Source: Pseudomonadota bacterium (GTDB taxonomy: Bacteria > Pseudomonadota > Gammaproteobacteria > Burkholderiales > Burkholderiaceae_A). Taken from it: 64,000 nt of DNA. The DNA lies in assembly GCA_039800345.1 (NCBI GenBank), contig JBDLQX010000073.1:3697-67696 (forward strand), in the 5' to 3' direction. Below, in pieces: positions 53,191 to 62,789 of this stretch. The translations under genes were made by a program, and so were the position numbers. The notes under the pieces were generated by a model. It made no database searches and was not told the origin of the DNA. It worked only from the letters and a program-made list of their open reading frames with translations. Every line of letters starts with the position of its first letter. Position 1 is the stretch's first letter.

Positions 53191-54134
53191 ACCTACAGCA
53201 ACTTCGCGTCTTGCGGGAAACCGTCCGTAATGGCTTTAACTTAAGCGAAACGGCCCTTGCCCTTATGGGCTCTCAGTCGGGAATTAGTAAGGCCATTAAA
53301 GAACTTGAGGATGAGCTCGGCCTTGTCATTTTTGAGCGCAAAGGAAAGCGCATCCTTGGGCTGACTGTGCCTGGCCACGCAATTCTCTCTCACGCGGAGC
53401 GTGCCCTCGAAGAGGTTGAGAACATGCGGCGGGTGGCCCAGAGGCTCGATCAGGCCGATGAGGGCCGACTGGTCTTAGCCACGACGCATACCCAGGCGCG
53501 CTATTCTCTGCCGGAGATCGTACGGGCCTTTCGTGCACAATTTCCGAAGGTACAACTCGCCTTGCGTCAGGCAAGTCCCCCTGAGATCGCAGGACTTCTC
53601 GAGACAGGCGACGCAGATATTGCGATCGCCACCGAGTCGCTCAAGACGAATCGTCTTTTTGTGACCTTTCCCTTCTTTAAGTGGTACCACGGCGTCATCG
53701 TTCCCAAGGGCCATCCGCTGGCGGTTCAGGCATCTCGCGGCGAGCCGCTGTCTCTGAAGGATCTTGCCGCCCAGCCCATCATCACCTATCACGAGGGGTT
53801 TACGGGCCGAGGCATGATCGATGCCACCTTTGCGCGCGCGGGGTTGCGGCCAGAAGTGGTCATGGAGGCCTTGGATGCCGATGTGATTAAGGCCTATGTG
53901 GCCCTCGGTATGGGCGTGGGCATTGTTGCCTCGGTGGCCTATGATGAAGAGTCGGATCGTGAGTTGTCGCTGATCGATGGCAGTGAGGTCTTCACAGAAA
54001 ATACGACCGTCTTGGCGGTGCGCCGTGGCAGGCTGCTACCCGGGTATGCCACGCGCTTTATTCAACTCTGCGTTCGTGGTCTGACCGAAGAGGCCCTGCA
54101 TCAGGCGGTACAGTCTCGTGACCTGAGCGCTTAA
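53187..54134 (+). CDS. LysR-family transcriptional regulator (CysB/Cbl-like)
   Basis: 315 aa. 'MNLQQLRVLRETVRNGFNLSETALALMGSQSGISKAIKELEDELG' is the CysB-type HTH, and 'TTHTQARYSLPE' is also present. Confidence 0.8.
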   Translation: MNLQQLRVLRETVRNGFNLSETALALMGSQSGISKAIKELEDELGLVIFERKGKRILGLTVPGHAILSHAERALEEVENMRRVAQRLDQADEGRLVLATTHTQARYSLPEIVRAFRAQFPKVQLALRQASPPEIAGLLETGDADIAIATESLKTNRLFVTFPFFKWYHGVIVPKGHPLAVQASRGEPLSLKDLAAQPIITYHEGFTGRGMIDATFARAGLRPEVVMEALDADVIKAYVALGMGVGIVASVAYDEESDRELSLIDGSEVFTENTTVLAVRRGRLLPGYATRFIQLCVRGLTEEALHQAVQSRDLSA

Positions 54135-54166
54135 CCTCGTTGCTTTCTACTTAGAAGGAAATCCGT

Positions 54167-55042
54167 ATGGCAGATTCCGTGGGTAACGCCTCTCCGACAA
54201 ATACGGCTGGCACGCCAGAATCTCTCTATGGGGCCTCGACCGACCGCAAGCCCTTCTCGATCCTAAGCCTTCGGTCGGCTCGGGAGCAGGGCCGTCGGAT
54301 TGCCATGGTGACCTGTTATGACGCCTCCTTTGCCCATCTGCTGAGCGAGGCAGGGGTTGACATGATTCTGATAGGGGACTCCTTAGGCATGGTGGTACAG
54401 GGACATGGCTCCACCTTGCCGGTTACTGTTAGCGACATCGCCTACCACACTGCCTGCGTCGCCCGGGCCCGACCACGTTCGATGGTCGTGGCCGACATGC
54501 CCTATGGCAGCTACCATGAAAGTCCCGAGCAGGCCTATCGCAATGCGGCGGCGCTCATGCAATCAGGCGCCCAGATGGTCAAGATCGAAGGGGGGCTCTG
54601 GGTTGCACCGACGGTGCAGTTTCTCGTCCAGCGCGGTATTCCGGTCTGTGCCCATCTTGGCCTCACCCCACAGTCGGTGCATGCCCTGGGAGGCTACCGG
54701 GTACAAGGCCGGGGGCCGGCGGGTGCCCAGATGATCGACGAGGCGCAGGCACTGGAGGCCGCCGGGGCTTCGGTCGTGCTTGTCGAATTGATCCCCTCTC
54801 CTCTTGGCCAGGCCCTGACCGCCGCCCTGTCGGTACCCACGATTGGCATTGGCGCAGGCCCAGGCACTACGGGGCAGGTGCTTGTCTTACATGACTTGCT
54901 CGATGTGACACCGGGCCGTAAGGCGCGGTTTGTCAAAAACTACATGGCCCTCGGGGGCTCCGTGCAGCGGGCGGTGGCCCTGTTTGTGCAAGAGGTGAAG
55001 TCTGGCGCCTACCCCGGCCCCGAACACGGGTTTGCCGACTAG
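54167..55042 (+). CDS. panB: 3-methyl-2-oxobutanoate hydroxymethyltransferase
   Basis: 291 aa with 'MVTCYDASFA', 'ILIGDSLGMVVQGH', 'VVADMPYGSY', 'VKIEGG' and 'GHLGLTPQS'. Confidence 0.93.
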   Translation: MADSVGNASPTNTAGTPESLYGASTDRKPFSILSLRSAREQGRRIAMVTCYDASFAHLLSEAGVDMILIGDSLGMVVQGHGSTLPVTVSDIAYHTACVARARPRSMVVADMPYGSYHESPEQAYRNAAALMQSGAQMVKIEGGLWVAPTVQFLVQRGIPVCAHLGLTPQSVHALGGYRVQGRGPAGAQMIDEAQALEAAGASVVLVELIPSPLGQALTAALSVPTIGIGAGPGTTGQVLVLHDLLDVTPGRKARFVKNYMALGGSVQRAVALFVQEVKSGAYPGPEHGFAD

Positions 55043-56241
55043 GCGCGTAGAAATCGATAGTGCCCGTTCTCGAACGACCGGTGCACGATCTTGCGGTGCC
55101 AGAGGTGGTTCATGTGGGCAATCGTCTCGCCCATGGCGAAGGTGAACTGGTGAAAATCCAACGCCCTGGGAAAAAGCAGCGGCAGAACCTCTGCACAGCT
55201 TCGTGGCTGCGCGCAGTGGGAGAGAATTTTTTCTAGCCGTTCTTCGTGATGGTCGTGTAGTTGTTGCAGTCGCGTGTGCAGGCCGCCCGCACAATCGTAC
55301 GCGCGCACTCGATGGGCTGACACCGGCGAATCGCCCCCACCTGCTGCGGAGGCTGCCGCCGACGGCGAGGTGCGCATACCGCTGCCGCCAAATGGTTTTC
55401 CATGTGAGGGTAGTACCAGCACCTCATCGGCAAGCGGCTCAAAGTAGGTCAACGATTGCAGATACATGCCCAGGGGGTCGGCATCGGGCTCATGGGCCCA
55501 GACCGACATGTTCGTAGAGATGCGTGGCAGCACCATATCGCCTGAAATCAGCACCTGCAGGGCCTCGCAGTAGAGTGCCGCATGTTCCGGAGAGTGGCCG
55601 TATCCGGGGATGACCGTCCAGGAATGCCCCCCCATGAGGAACTGCTGATGGGGAAGTAGCCGTTGGTAGCGTGAGGGGACGCGCGGCACCAGGGACGGAA
55701 AATGGCTCTTGCGTTTTTTGGCCTTGTCGTAGTCTTCCCCCGCAGTCATACCATGGCGTCGAAAATGCTCGGCCATCGTGGCAATTTCCCCATCGGGTGC
55801 CGTTTCTGATTCCTGGGCCATGGCCTTGGAAGAGAAAATCCGTCCGGTTGTGAACTCCCCGAGGGTCATCCAGAGCGGAGCCTGCCAGGCCCCAGCCGAC
55901 TGGCCTTCTTCGGGCAGTCCCTCGCAGAGCCAATAGGCAAGGCCCAGATGGTCTGGGTGCATATGGGTACAGACCACCCGTACGATGGGCCGTCCGCCGA
56001 ATTTCTTCTCCATCAATCCCTGCCAATGGGCGCGTGTCTCGGGCGTAGAGACACCCGTGTCGACGACGGTAAATCCCGCCTGCCCCTCAAAGACATCCTC
56101 GATCAACCAGAGATTGATATGGTCGAGCGCGAAAGGCAGCGGCATACGAATCCACCAGATACCTGGTGCGACGGCCTGCCATTCTTCAGGGCCGGGAATA
56201 TCGAGAGCGGCGTAATGGATCTGGGATTCTGCGTGGTTCAT
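55039..56241 (-). CDS. MBL-fold metallo-hydrolase
   Basis: 400 aa with the 'CTHMHPDHLG' HxHxDH motif and 'GYGHSPEH'. Confidence 0.8.
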   Translation of the reverse strand: MNHAESQIHYAALDIPGPEEWQAVAPGIWWIRMPLPFALDHINLWLIEDVFEGQAGFTVVDTGVSTPETRAHWQGLMEKKFGGRPIVRVVCTHMHPDHLGLAYWLCEGLPEEGQSAGAWQAPLWMTLGEFTTGRIFSSKAMAQESETAPDGEIATMAEHFRRHGMTAGEDYDKAKKRKSHFPSLVPRVPSRYQRLLPHQQFLMGGHSWTVIPGYGHSPEHAALYCEALQVLISGDMVLPRISTNMSVWAHEPDADPLGMYLQSLTYFEPLADEVLVLPSHGKPFGGSGMRTSPSAAASAAGGGDSPVSAHRVRAYDCAGGLHTRLQQLHDHHEERLEKILSHCAQPRSCAEVLPLLFPRALDFHQFTFAMGETIAHMNHLWHRKIVHRSFENGHYRFLRA

Positions 56242-56312
56242 AAAATAGGCGCTTTTGATATACAGAGTTTATGATTCTAGAGGACGTACCAGAGAAAGAC
56301 AGGGAGGGGTTC

Positions 56313-57062
56313 ATGAAGGTGATGGTGACCGTAAAGCGGGTGGTGGACTACAACGTGAAGGTCCGGGTGAGACCCGATGGCTCCGACGTGGATATCGCCA
56401 ACGTCAAGATGAGCATGAACCCTTTCGATGAAATCGCCGTTGAAGAAGCGGTTCGTCTCAAAGAAAAAGGCCTGGCCTCAGAAATTGTGGTGGTGACCTG
56501 TGGAACGGCTGCCAGCCAAGACGTGCTTCGCACGGCATTTGCCATGGGCGCAGACCGCGGCGTTTTGGTGGAGTCCGCCCAGGCCCTGCAGCCGCTTGCG
56601 GTGGCGAAGGTGCTCAAGGCCCTCTTTGAGAAGGAGCAGCCCGGGCTCATTATTATGGGCAAGCAGGCCATTGACGACGATAGTAATCAGACCGGCCAGA
56701 TGTTTGCAGCGCTTGCGGGTCTGCCACAGGCCACATTTGCCTCCAAGCTCGACATCCAGGGCAGTCAGGCCCAGGTAATGCGTGAGGTGGATGGAGGCTT
56801 GCAGACGATATCGGTACAACTGCCAGCCGTGGTGACAACCGATCTGCGGCTTAACGAGCCGCGGTATGTCACCCTCCCCAACATCATGAAAGCCAAGAAG
56901 AAGGAGATCGAGACCATTGCGGCGGAGAGCCTTGGTCTCGATCTTGCACCGCGCCTGCGTCTTGTAAAGGTCGCCGATCCGCCGGGGCGGTCGGCGGGCA
57001 TCAAGGTCGACTCCGTCGACATGCTCATCGCAAAGCTTAAGAATGACGCAAAGGTGATCTAA
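56313..57062 (+). CDS. etfB: Electron transfer flavoprotein beta subunit
   Basis: '[19 protein letters not shown]' is the canonical EtfB N-terminus, preceded by AGGGAGGGG. The track start at 56271 is unlikely. Confidence 0.92.
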   Translation: MKVMVTVKRVVDYNVKVRVRPDGSDVDIANVKMSMNPFDEIAVEEAVRLKEKGLASEIVVVTCGTAASQDVLRTAFAMGADRGVLVESAQALQPLAVAKVLKALFEKEQPGLIIMGKQAIDDDSNQTGQMFAALAGLPQATFASKLDIQGSQAQVMREVDGGLQTISVQLPAVVTTDLRLNEPRYVTLPNIMKAKKKEIETIAAESLGLDLAPRLRLVKVADPPGRSAGIKVDSVDMLIAKLKNDAKVI

Positions 57063-58016
57063 ATGCAGGCACTCGTTATTGCAGAACATGACAACCAGTC
57101 GCTCAACGCGGCAACCCGTACAGCGGTATCGGCGGCCCAGGCGCTAGTCGCGGCCGGGGGCGGCGGGCAGATCTCTCTTCTGGTGGCAGGAGAGGGCTGC
57201 AGTGCGGTGGCCCAGGCGGCATCGGCCCTTGCAGGGGTGACCGAGGTAATTCAGTCTGAGGGCCCCGCCCTAAAAGAGGGCCTCGCGGAGGACCTTGTTG
57301 ACCATATTCTCGCCCAGGTGCGTGCGCAGAGTTATCAGGCCATCGTCTTTCCTGCCACGACCAGCGGGAAGAACCTCGCCCCCCGCCTGGCTGCTTTGCT
57401 CGATGTCGCGGCCATTTCAGACGTGACCCGCGTGGTGGATGCCAAGACCTTCGAGCGGCCCATCTATGCGGGCAATGTCATTGCCACGGTGGAGTCTTCC
57501 GATCCTGTACTGGTATTCACTGCGAGAACGACGGCGTTTGCGCCGGTGCCCGATGGCAGCACCGCCGCACCGATCAGGGCGGTTGCCGCCCCACCGGCGT
57601 CGTCACGGTCGGCCTTCGTTGGCCAGTCACTCTCTAAATCCGACCGCCCGGAATTGGCTTCGGCCAAGGTGGTGGTCTCCGGGGGGCGCGCCCTGGGTTC
57701 GGCCGAAAAATATCGTGAGCTGCTTGAGCCCTTGGCCGATCGCCTGGGGGCTGCCCTGGGCGCCTCGCGCGCGGCGGTAGATGCGGGCTATGCGCCAAAC
57801 GACTTTCAGGTTGGACAGACAGGCAAAGTCGTAGCGCCCCAACTCTACATTGCCATTGGGATGTCCGGCGCGATTCAACACCTGGCTGGAATGAAAGACT
57901 CCAAGGTGATTGTGGCAATCAATAAAGACCCGGATGCGCCTATTTTTCAGGTCGCGGACTATGGCCTGGTTGCCGACCTCTTTGAGGCGGTCCCTGAGTT
58001 AACCGCCAAACTCTAA
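57063..58016 (+). CDS. etfA: Electron transfer flavoprotein alpha subunit
   Basis: 317 aa with 'VVSGGRALGS', 'GASRAAVDAGYAPNDFQVGQTGKVVAP' and 'YIAIGMSGAIQHLAGMKDSK'. Confidence 0.93.
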   Translation: MQALVIAEHDNQSLNAATRTAVSAAQALVAAGGGGQISLLVAGEGCSAVAQAASALAGVTEVIQSEGPALKEGLAEDLVDHILAQVRAQSYQAIVFPATTSGKNLAPRLAALLDVAAISDVTRVVDAKTFERPIYAGNVIATVESSDPVLVFTARTTAFAPVPDGSTAAPIRAVAAPPASSRSAFVGQSLSKSDRPELASAKVVVSGGRALGSAEKYRELLEPLADRLGAALGASRAAVDAGYAPNDFQVGQTGKVVAPQLYIAIGMSGAIQHLAGMKDSKVIVAINKDPDAPIFQVADYGLVADLFEAVPELTAKL

Positions 58017-58052
58017 AACGACAGGCGCGTTGCGCCAGCAAAGGAGTGCCCC

Positions 58053-59858
58053 ATGCCCGTTGAGTACCGCGCCCCGAACAGGGACATGCAGTTTGTTATT
58101 GAAGAACTGGCACCGTTTCAGCGGGTGGCGCAGTTGCCTGGCTATGAAGAGTTTTCCGCCGATTTGGTACAGACGGTCTTGGAAGAGGCGGGTAAGTTCG
58201 CCCATGGTGTCTTATCCCCAATGAACTGGCCGAGCGATAGGCAGGGCGCCCATCTCCTGGAGGGGCATCGCGTGCAGACCTCCCCAGGCTACAGTGATGC
58301 CTATCTGCAGTTTGTGGGCGCTGGATGGCATGGTCTCTCGGGCAGCACAACCTATGGCGGGCAGGGCCTGCCGGAATTGTTGGCTACGGCGATTAGTGAA
58401 ATGTGGCAGTCGGCCTGTATGTCCTTTGCCCTCTGTCCGATGCTGACTGCGGGTGCCATTCATGCCATTGAGAGTCACGGGACCGAAGAGCAAAAGCTGC
58501 GCTACCTGGAGAAGATGGTCTCGGGTCAGTGGAGTGGCACCATGAACCTGACTGAGCCGCAGGCGGGGTCAGATCTCGCTGCGGTAACCACCAAGGCCGT
58601 GCCAGTATCAGGTCCTCCCCATGGCGATCATTATCGAATCAGCGGCACCAAGATCTACATCACCTACGGAGAGCATGACCTCGCGGAGAACATTATCCAT
58701 CTGGTCCTTGCCCGCCTCCCCGATGCGCCAGCGGGGGTGAAGGGCATTTCGCTCTTCATTGTTCCCAAATATCTTGTGCAGAGCGATGGATCGTTGGGTG
58801 ATCGCAATGATGTTCGCTGCATCTCGCTCGAACACAAACTCGGGATCCATGGCAGCCCCACCTGCGTGATGAGTTATGGGGAGAAAGAAGGCGCCGTCGG
58901 CTATCTGGTGGGTGAGGCCAATCGCGGGCTGGAATACATGTTCACCATGATGAACCATGCACGACTGCAGGTAGGGGTTCAGGGAATCTCGATTTCCGAC
59001 CGTGCCTACCAGCAGGCACTCTGGTACGCCCATGACCGTGTGCAGGGCAAGGTGCATGGGTTTGGCGATGAGACCCGGCCGATTGCAGACCATCCCGATG
59101 TGCGACGCATGCTCGCGAGCATGAAGGCACGCACCGAGGCTATGCGGGCTCTGGGCTACGAGGCGGCTGCCTACCTCGACCTGGCTGCGCGCACCGAAGA
59201 TCCCGCCCAGGCCAAGCTCGCCCAGGCTCGCGTTGATTTTCTCATTCCGGTAGTGAAGGCCTGGTGCACAGAGCAGTCTATCGACATTAGTTCGCTTGGC
59301 GTGCAGGTGCATGGGGGCATGGGCTACATTGAGGAGACCGGGGCGGCACAGCATTTTCGTGATGCCCGAATTACCACCATCTACGAGGGCACCACAGCGA
59401 TCCAGGCAAACGATTTTCTCGGACGCAAACTCCTAAAAGACAAGGGGGCCGAACTCATGCGACTGGTGCACGAGATTGAGCAGACCGCCCAGTTTCTGCG
59501 ATCCGCCGACCACCCGGGATGCAAGCGCTTTGGGGAGATTCTTGGGCGTGCGGCCAAGGTCTGGGCCGGGGCGGCCCAGGCGGCGATCGCCGCCTACGCG
59601 AGCAGTCCCTCGGCCAGTTTTTTCGGCTCGGTGCCTTTGCTCATGCTCTCGGGCTATGTACTCGGCGGGCAGATGATGGGACGCGCGGCGCTGATCGCAC
59701 TTCCGAAGCAGCAGCAGGAACCCTTCTATGCGCAGAAGCTTGCGTCGGCCTGTTTCTACGCAAGCCATCTTCTTGCGCCCGCCTTGGGGCTTGCCGAGAG
59801 CGTCCTGGCGTCCGCAACGGGCCTGGACGAGGCGCAGCGATTTACCCAACCCGCCTGA
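58053..59858 (+). CDS. Long-form acyl-CoA dehydrogenase (with C-terminal extension domain)
   Basis: 601 aa with 'LTEPQAGSDLAAV', 'GGMGYIEETGAAQHFRDARITTIYEGTTAIQ' and an AAGGAG SD. It lies directly downstream of etfBA. Confidence 0.9.
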   Translation: MPVEYRAPNRDMQFVIEELAPFQRVAQLPGYEEFSADLVQTVLEEAGKFAHGVLSPMNWPSDRQGAHLLEGHRVQTSPGYSDAYLQFVGAGWHGLSGSTTYGGQGLPELLATAISEMWQSACMSFALCPMLTAGAIHAIESHGTEEQKLRYLEKMVSGQWSGTMNLTEPQAGSDLAAVTTKAVPVSGPPHGDHYRISGTKIYITYGEHDLAENIIHLVLARLPDAPAGVKGISLFIVPKYLVQSDGSLGDRNDVRCISLEHKLGIHGSPTCVMSYGEKEGAVGYLVGEANRGLEYMFTMMNHARLQVGVQGISISDRAYQQALWYAHDRVQGKVHGFGDETRPIADHPDVRRMLASMKARTEAMRALGYEAAAYLDLAARTEDPAQAKLAQARVDFLIPVVKAWCTEQSIDISSLGVQVHGGMGYIEETGAAQHFRDARITTIYEGTTAIQANDFLGRKLLKDKGAELMRLVHEIEQTAQFLRSADHPGCKRFGEILGRAAKVWAGAAQAAIAAYASSPSASFFGSVPLLMLSGYVLGGQMMGRAALIALPKQQQEPFYAQKLASACFYASHLLAPALGLAESVLASATGLDEAQRFTQPA

Positions 59859-59871
59859 TGCTTACCGGTTA

Positions 59872-60597
59872 TTAGCCTAGCAGCATCTTCAGTGCGAAGC
59901 CAATAAAGCAGAGGCTCACCACCACGATACCCGAGGAAGACCATCGTGGATGCGTCTCGAAGACCGACTGCAGTCGCAGCCCCGCGAAAATCAGCAGGGT
60001 CAGGTAGGCGAGGCTCACCACCTGAACCACCACGCCGAGTGTGAGATAGGCCAGTGCGGGTGTAGCTGCATCCGCACGGACAAACTGGGTGAAGAAGGCG
60101 AGAAAAAATAAAATGGCTTTGGGGTTGGTAAGCGAGAGACCCAGGGCCTTGAGATACGGCAGGCGCAGGCCTGAGGCTTCGGGTTGCGGGCCTCTCTGGC
60201 GGCCTGTTCCCGATAACGTTGTCTGTCTCGTTGCTCCTGAGGTTTCGGCCTGCGTTGGGATCGACGGTGCGGCGATCTGGGAGCTCTGCCGCGGCCAACG
60301 CCGCCAGCCCTCCTTCAGGAGTTGCAGGCCGATCCATGCCAGATACAGGGCCCCGATGGCCTTAAATGCTTCAAAGCTTCGCGGAAAGAGGCTCATCAGG
60401 GAGGCCGCGCCCGAGGCGGTGGCGATCATTAAGAGGGTGTCGCCCGAGAAAATTCCGAAGGCAGCAGCCCATCCGCTACGATGGCCCAGTTGTGCCGAGG
60501 CCGTGAGGACGTAGAGGGAGTTTGGCCCCGGCAGAAGCACAATAAAGATCGTGCCCAGGAGAAACTCAAAGAAGTTTTGTATGCCAAGTTCGTACAT
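59872..60597 (-). CDS. LysE/RhtB family amino-acid efflux protein
   Basis: 241 aa with 'LLPGPNSLYVL' and 'LTNPKAILFFLAFF' and a long low-complexity central loop. Confidence 0.85.
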   Translation of the reverse strand: MYELGIQNFFEFLLGTIFIVLLPGPNSLYVLTASAQLGHRSGWAAAFGIFSGDTLLMIATASGAASLMSLFPRSFEAFKAIGALYLAWIGLQLLKEGWRRWPRQSSQIAAPSIPTQAETSGATRQTTLSGTGRQRGPQPEASGLRLPYLKALGLSLTNPKAILFFLAFFTQFVRADAATPALAYLTLGVVVQVVSLAYLTLLIFAGLRLQSVFETHPRWSSSGIVVVSLCFIGFALKMLLG

Positions 60598-60692
60598 GGC
60601 CTAGGATGCTAGCGGATCTCGCGTCCTATCGTTGAGACGGCTCAGCGACGGTCGCAGGCCCCGCCCAGGTGGGGGCGATGACGAATCCTGGA

Positions 60693-62780
60693 TTAACCTT
60701 TGGCAGGCGCCGGAGTCTCTGCGTACCCCAGTGGTGAGAGTCGCGCCAGAGTGAGCCCTTCGGTCACGATGTCGCCCTCTTTGCAGAGTAACTCCTCAAC
60801 GACGCCATCACGCGGGGCGGAGACGAGGAACTCCATCTTCATGGCAGAAATCACCAGGAGCGCTTCCCCCTTCTGAACAGTTGCGCCTGGCCCCACGTGT
60901 ACGCGCATCACCTGGCCTGGCATTGGCGCTGTCAGAGAGGCCTCTGCATCGTCGTCGAGTTGGCCGGTCGCATAGGGGTCACCCCAGTACAGGAGGAGAT
61001 CATTGTCTTCACTCCAGAGATGTAGGCGGATAGCCGGCTGCATCTCCCAGTCCGCCCAGCCACGCAGAACCCGCCCCCGCCATGCCACTGCGAGCTGCCG
61101 TGGCGATTCAGCGGGAAGGAGATCGATCGGCTCCATTTCCTCATCGAGTGCGATCGCCAGTGGTGCAAGCCGCACAGTGACAGACCAGTGCTCGGCATCC
61201 CGTGAGAGCTGTAAGGTGCGCTGGGCTGGCGCGGTGAGACGAAATGCTGTGCGGTGACTCCACGGATCTGGGTTGCCATGGGGCGCGCGAGAAGAAGTCT
61301 GGCTGCGCGGCCCTGCATCCGCCCAGGGCCCCGATCGCAAGGCCGCAGCAACCGCCAGCACGCGATGGTCTTCAGACAGCGGGCGTGGTGCGGTGAGTGC
61401 TGTCTGGTGTGAGGCAATGACCGCAGTAGAGAGCTGGGCGGTCTGGAAGGCCGGCAACGCCAGCAGCCGGGAGAGGAATCGCAAATTGGTTGCAGGGCCT
61501 GTGAGCTGCGTCTGCGCGAGTGCCTGCTGGGCCCGGGCAATGGCGGTCGGCCGATCCTCGCCCCAGCAGATCAGCTTGGCGATCATGGAGTCGTAATAGG
61601 GGCTGACGGTATCGCCCTCTCTAAGCCCGCTGTCTACACGGAGCTGGCCGGGGACCTCCGATGCCATGGCATAGCGGGTCATGCGTCCGGTGGAGGGCAT
61701 AAAGTCGCGCGAGGGGTCTTCAGCACAGAGCCGCAGTTCGATGGCGTGGCCATGGCAATGAATCTGCTCTTGCGAGCGCGGTAGCGGCTCGCCGCGAGCA
61801 ACGCGGATCTGCCATTCCACCAGGTCAAGGCCGGTAATCATTTCGGTAACCGGATGTTCGACCTGCAGGCGGGTATTCATTTCCATGAAATAGCAGGCAC
61901 CGGCACGGCCATCGGGAAGGGCCTCAGCAATAAACTCTACGGTGCCTGCACCGGTATACCCGATAGCCTGGGCCGCCCGCACGGCAATCGCGCCGAGCGA
62001 GTCCCGCTGCTCGGCCGTTAAGAGCGGCGCGGGCGCCTCTTCGACGACCTTCTGGTGTCGCCGCTGCATGGAGCAGTCACGCTCAAACAGATGGACCACC
62101 TGGCCGTGGGTGTCGCCAAAGACCTGCACCTCGATATGACGCGCAGAAGACAGGTAGCGCTCCAGTAAGACATGGTCGTTCCCAAAACTGGCCAGTGACT
62201 CTCGCTTACAGGAAGACAGTGCGGCGGCGAACTCTTCGGCCGCCCGCACGATGCGAATACCCCTACCACCTCCCCCTGCGGATGCCTTAATCAGCAGCGG
62301 AAAGCCGACCTTCAGCGCCTCTGCAAGAAGGCCCTCGGCCGACTGGTCTTCTCCGTTGTATCCGGGAACCAGAGGCACGCCAGCCTTCTGCATGATCTCC
62401 TTAGCGGCCGACTTAGAGCCCATGGCCTCAATAGCCTGGGCGCTCGGTCCGATAAAGACAATGCCGGCCGACTCGCAGGCCTGCGCGAATGCGGGGTTCT
62501 CAGACAGGAATCCGTAGCCGGGGTGGATCGCCTGGGCCCCGGTGGAGGTTGCCGCCGCGATGAGAACGGAAATATTCAGATAACTGGCGGTGGGCTCTGA
62601 GGCCCCAATGGCGATCGCCTCATCGGCCAGTTGCACGTGGCGGGCACTGCGATCGGCCTCCGAATAGACAGCCACACTGCGGATCCCCATCTTGCGGCAG
62701 GTCGCTATTACGCGACAGGCAATCTCCCCGCGATTAGCGATGAGAATCTTGCTGAGGGAGTGGTTTGTCGCGATGCTCAT
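60693..62780 (-). CDS. liuD: Methylcrotonyl-CoA carboxylase alpha subunit (biotin carboxylase + biotinyl carrier domain)
   Basis: 695 aa with 'ILIANRGEIACRVI', 'GGGGRGIR' and the C-terminal biotinylation motif 'SAMKME'. It is adjacent to an MCC-type carboxyltransferase. Confidence 0.85.
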   Translation of the reverse strand: MSIATNHSLSKILIANRGEIACRVIATCRKMGIRSVAVYSEADRSARHVQLADEAIAIGASEPTASYLNISVLIAAATSTGAQAIHPGYGFLSENPAFAQACESAGIVFIGPSAQAIEAMGSKSAAKEIMQKAGVPLVPGYNGEDQSAEGLLAEALKVGFPLLIKASAGGGGRGIRIVRAAEEFAAALSSCKRESLASFGNDHVLLERYLSSARHIEVQVFGDTHGQVVHLFERDCSMQRRHQKVVEEAPAPLLTAEQRDSLGAIAVRAAQAIGYTGAGTVEFIAEALPDGRAGACYFMEMNTRLQVEHPVTEMITGLDLVEWQIRVARGEPLPRSQEQIHCHGHAIELRLCAEDPSRDFMPSTGRMTRYAMASEVPGQLRVDSGLREGDTVSPYYDSMIAKLICWGEDRPTAIARAQQALAQTQLTGPATNLRFLSRLLALPAFQTAQLSTAVIASHQTALTAPRPLSEDHRVLAVAAALRSGPWADAGPRSQTSSRAPHGNPDPWSHRTAFRLTAPAQRTLQLSRDAEHWSVTVRLAPLAIALDEEMEPIDLLPAESPRQLAVAWRGRVLRGWADWEMQPAIRLHLWSEDNDLLLYWGDPYATGQLDDDAEASLTAPMPGQVMRVHVGPGATVQKGEALLVISAMKMEFLVSAPRDGVVEELLCKEGDIVTEGLTLARLSPLGYAETPAPAKG

Positions 62781-62789
62781 GGCCCAGCC

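Noticed and set aside
55285-55389. Low-complexity in-frame segments that look like insertions: 'GSGMRTSPSAAASAAGGGDSPVSAHRVRAYDCAG' in the MBL hydrolase, and the Ser/Thr/Gln/Arg-rich central loop of the LysE protein (about 60180-60300).
   Set aside because: The call rests only on my recollection of typical family lengths. Variable loops of this composition are common in GC-rich genomes. No repeat, inverted repeat or mobile-element signature is visible in the DNA.
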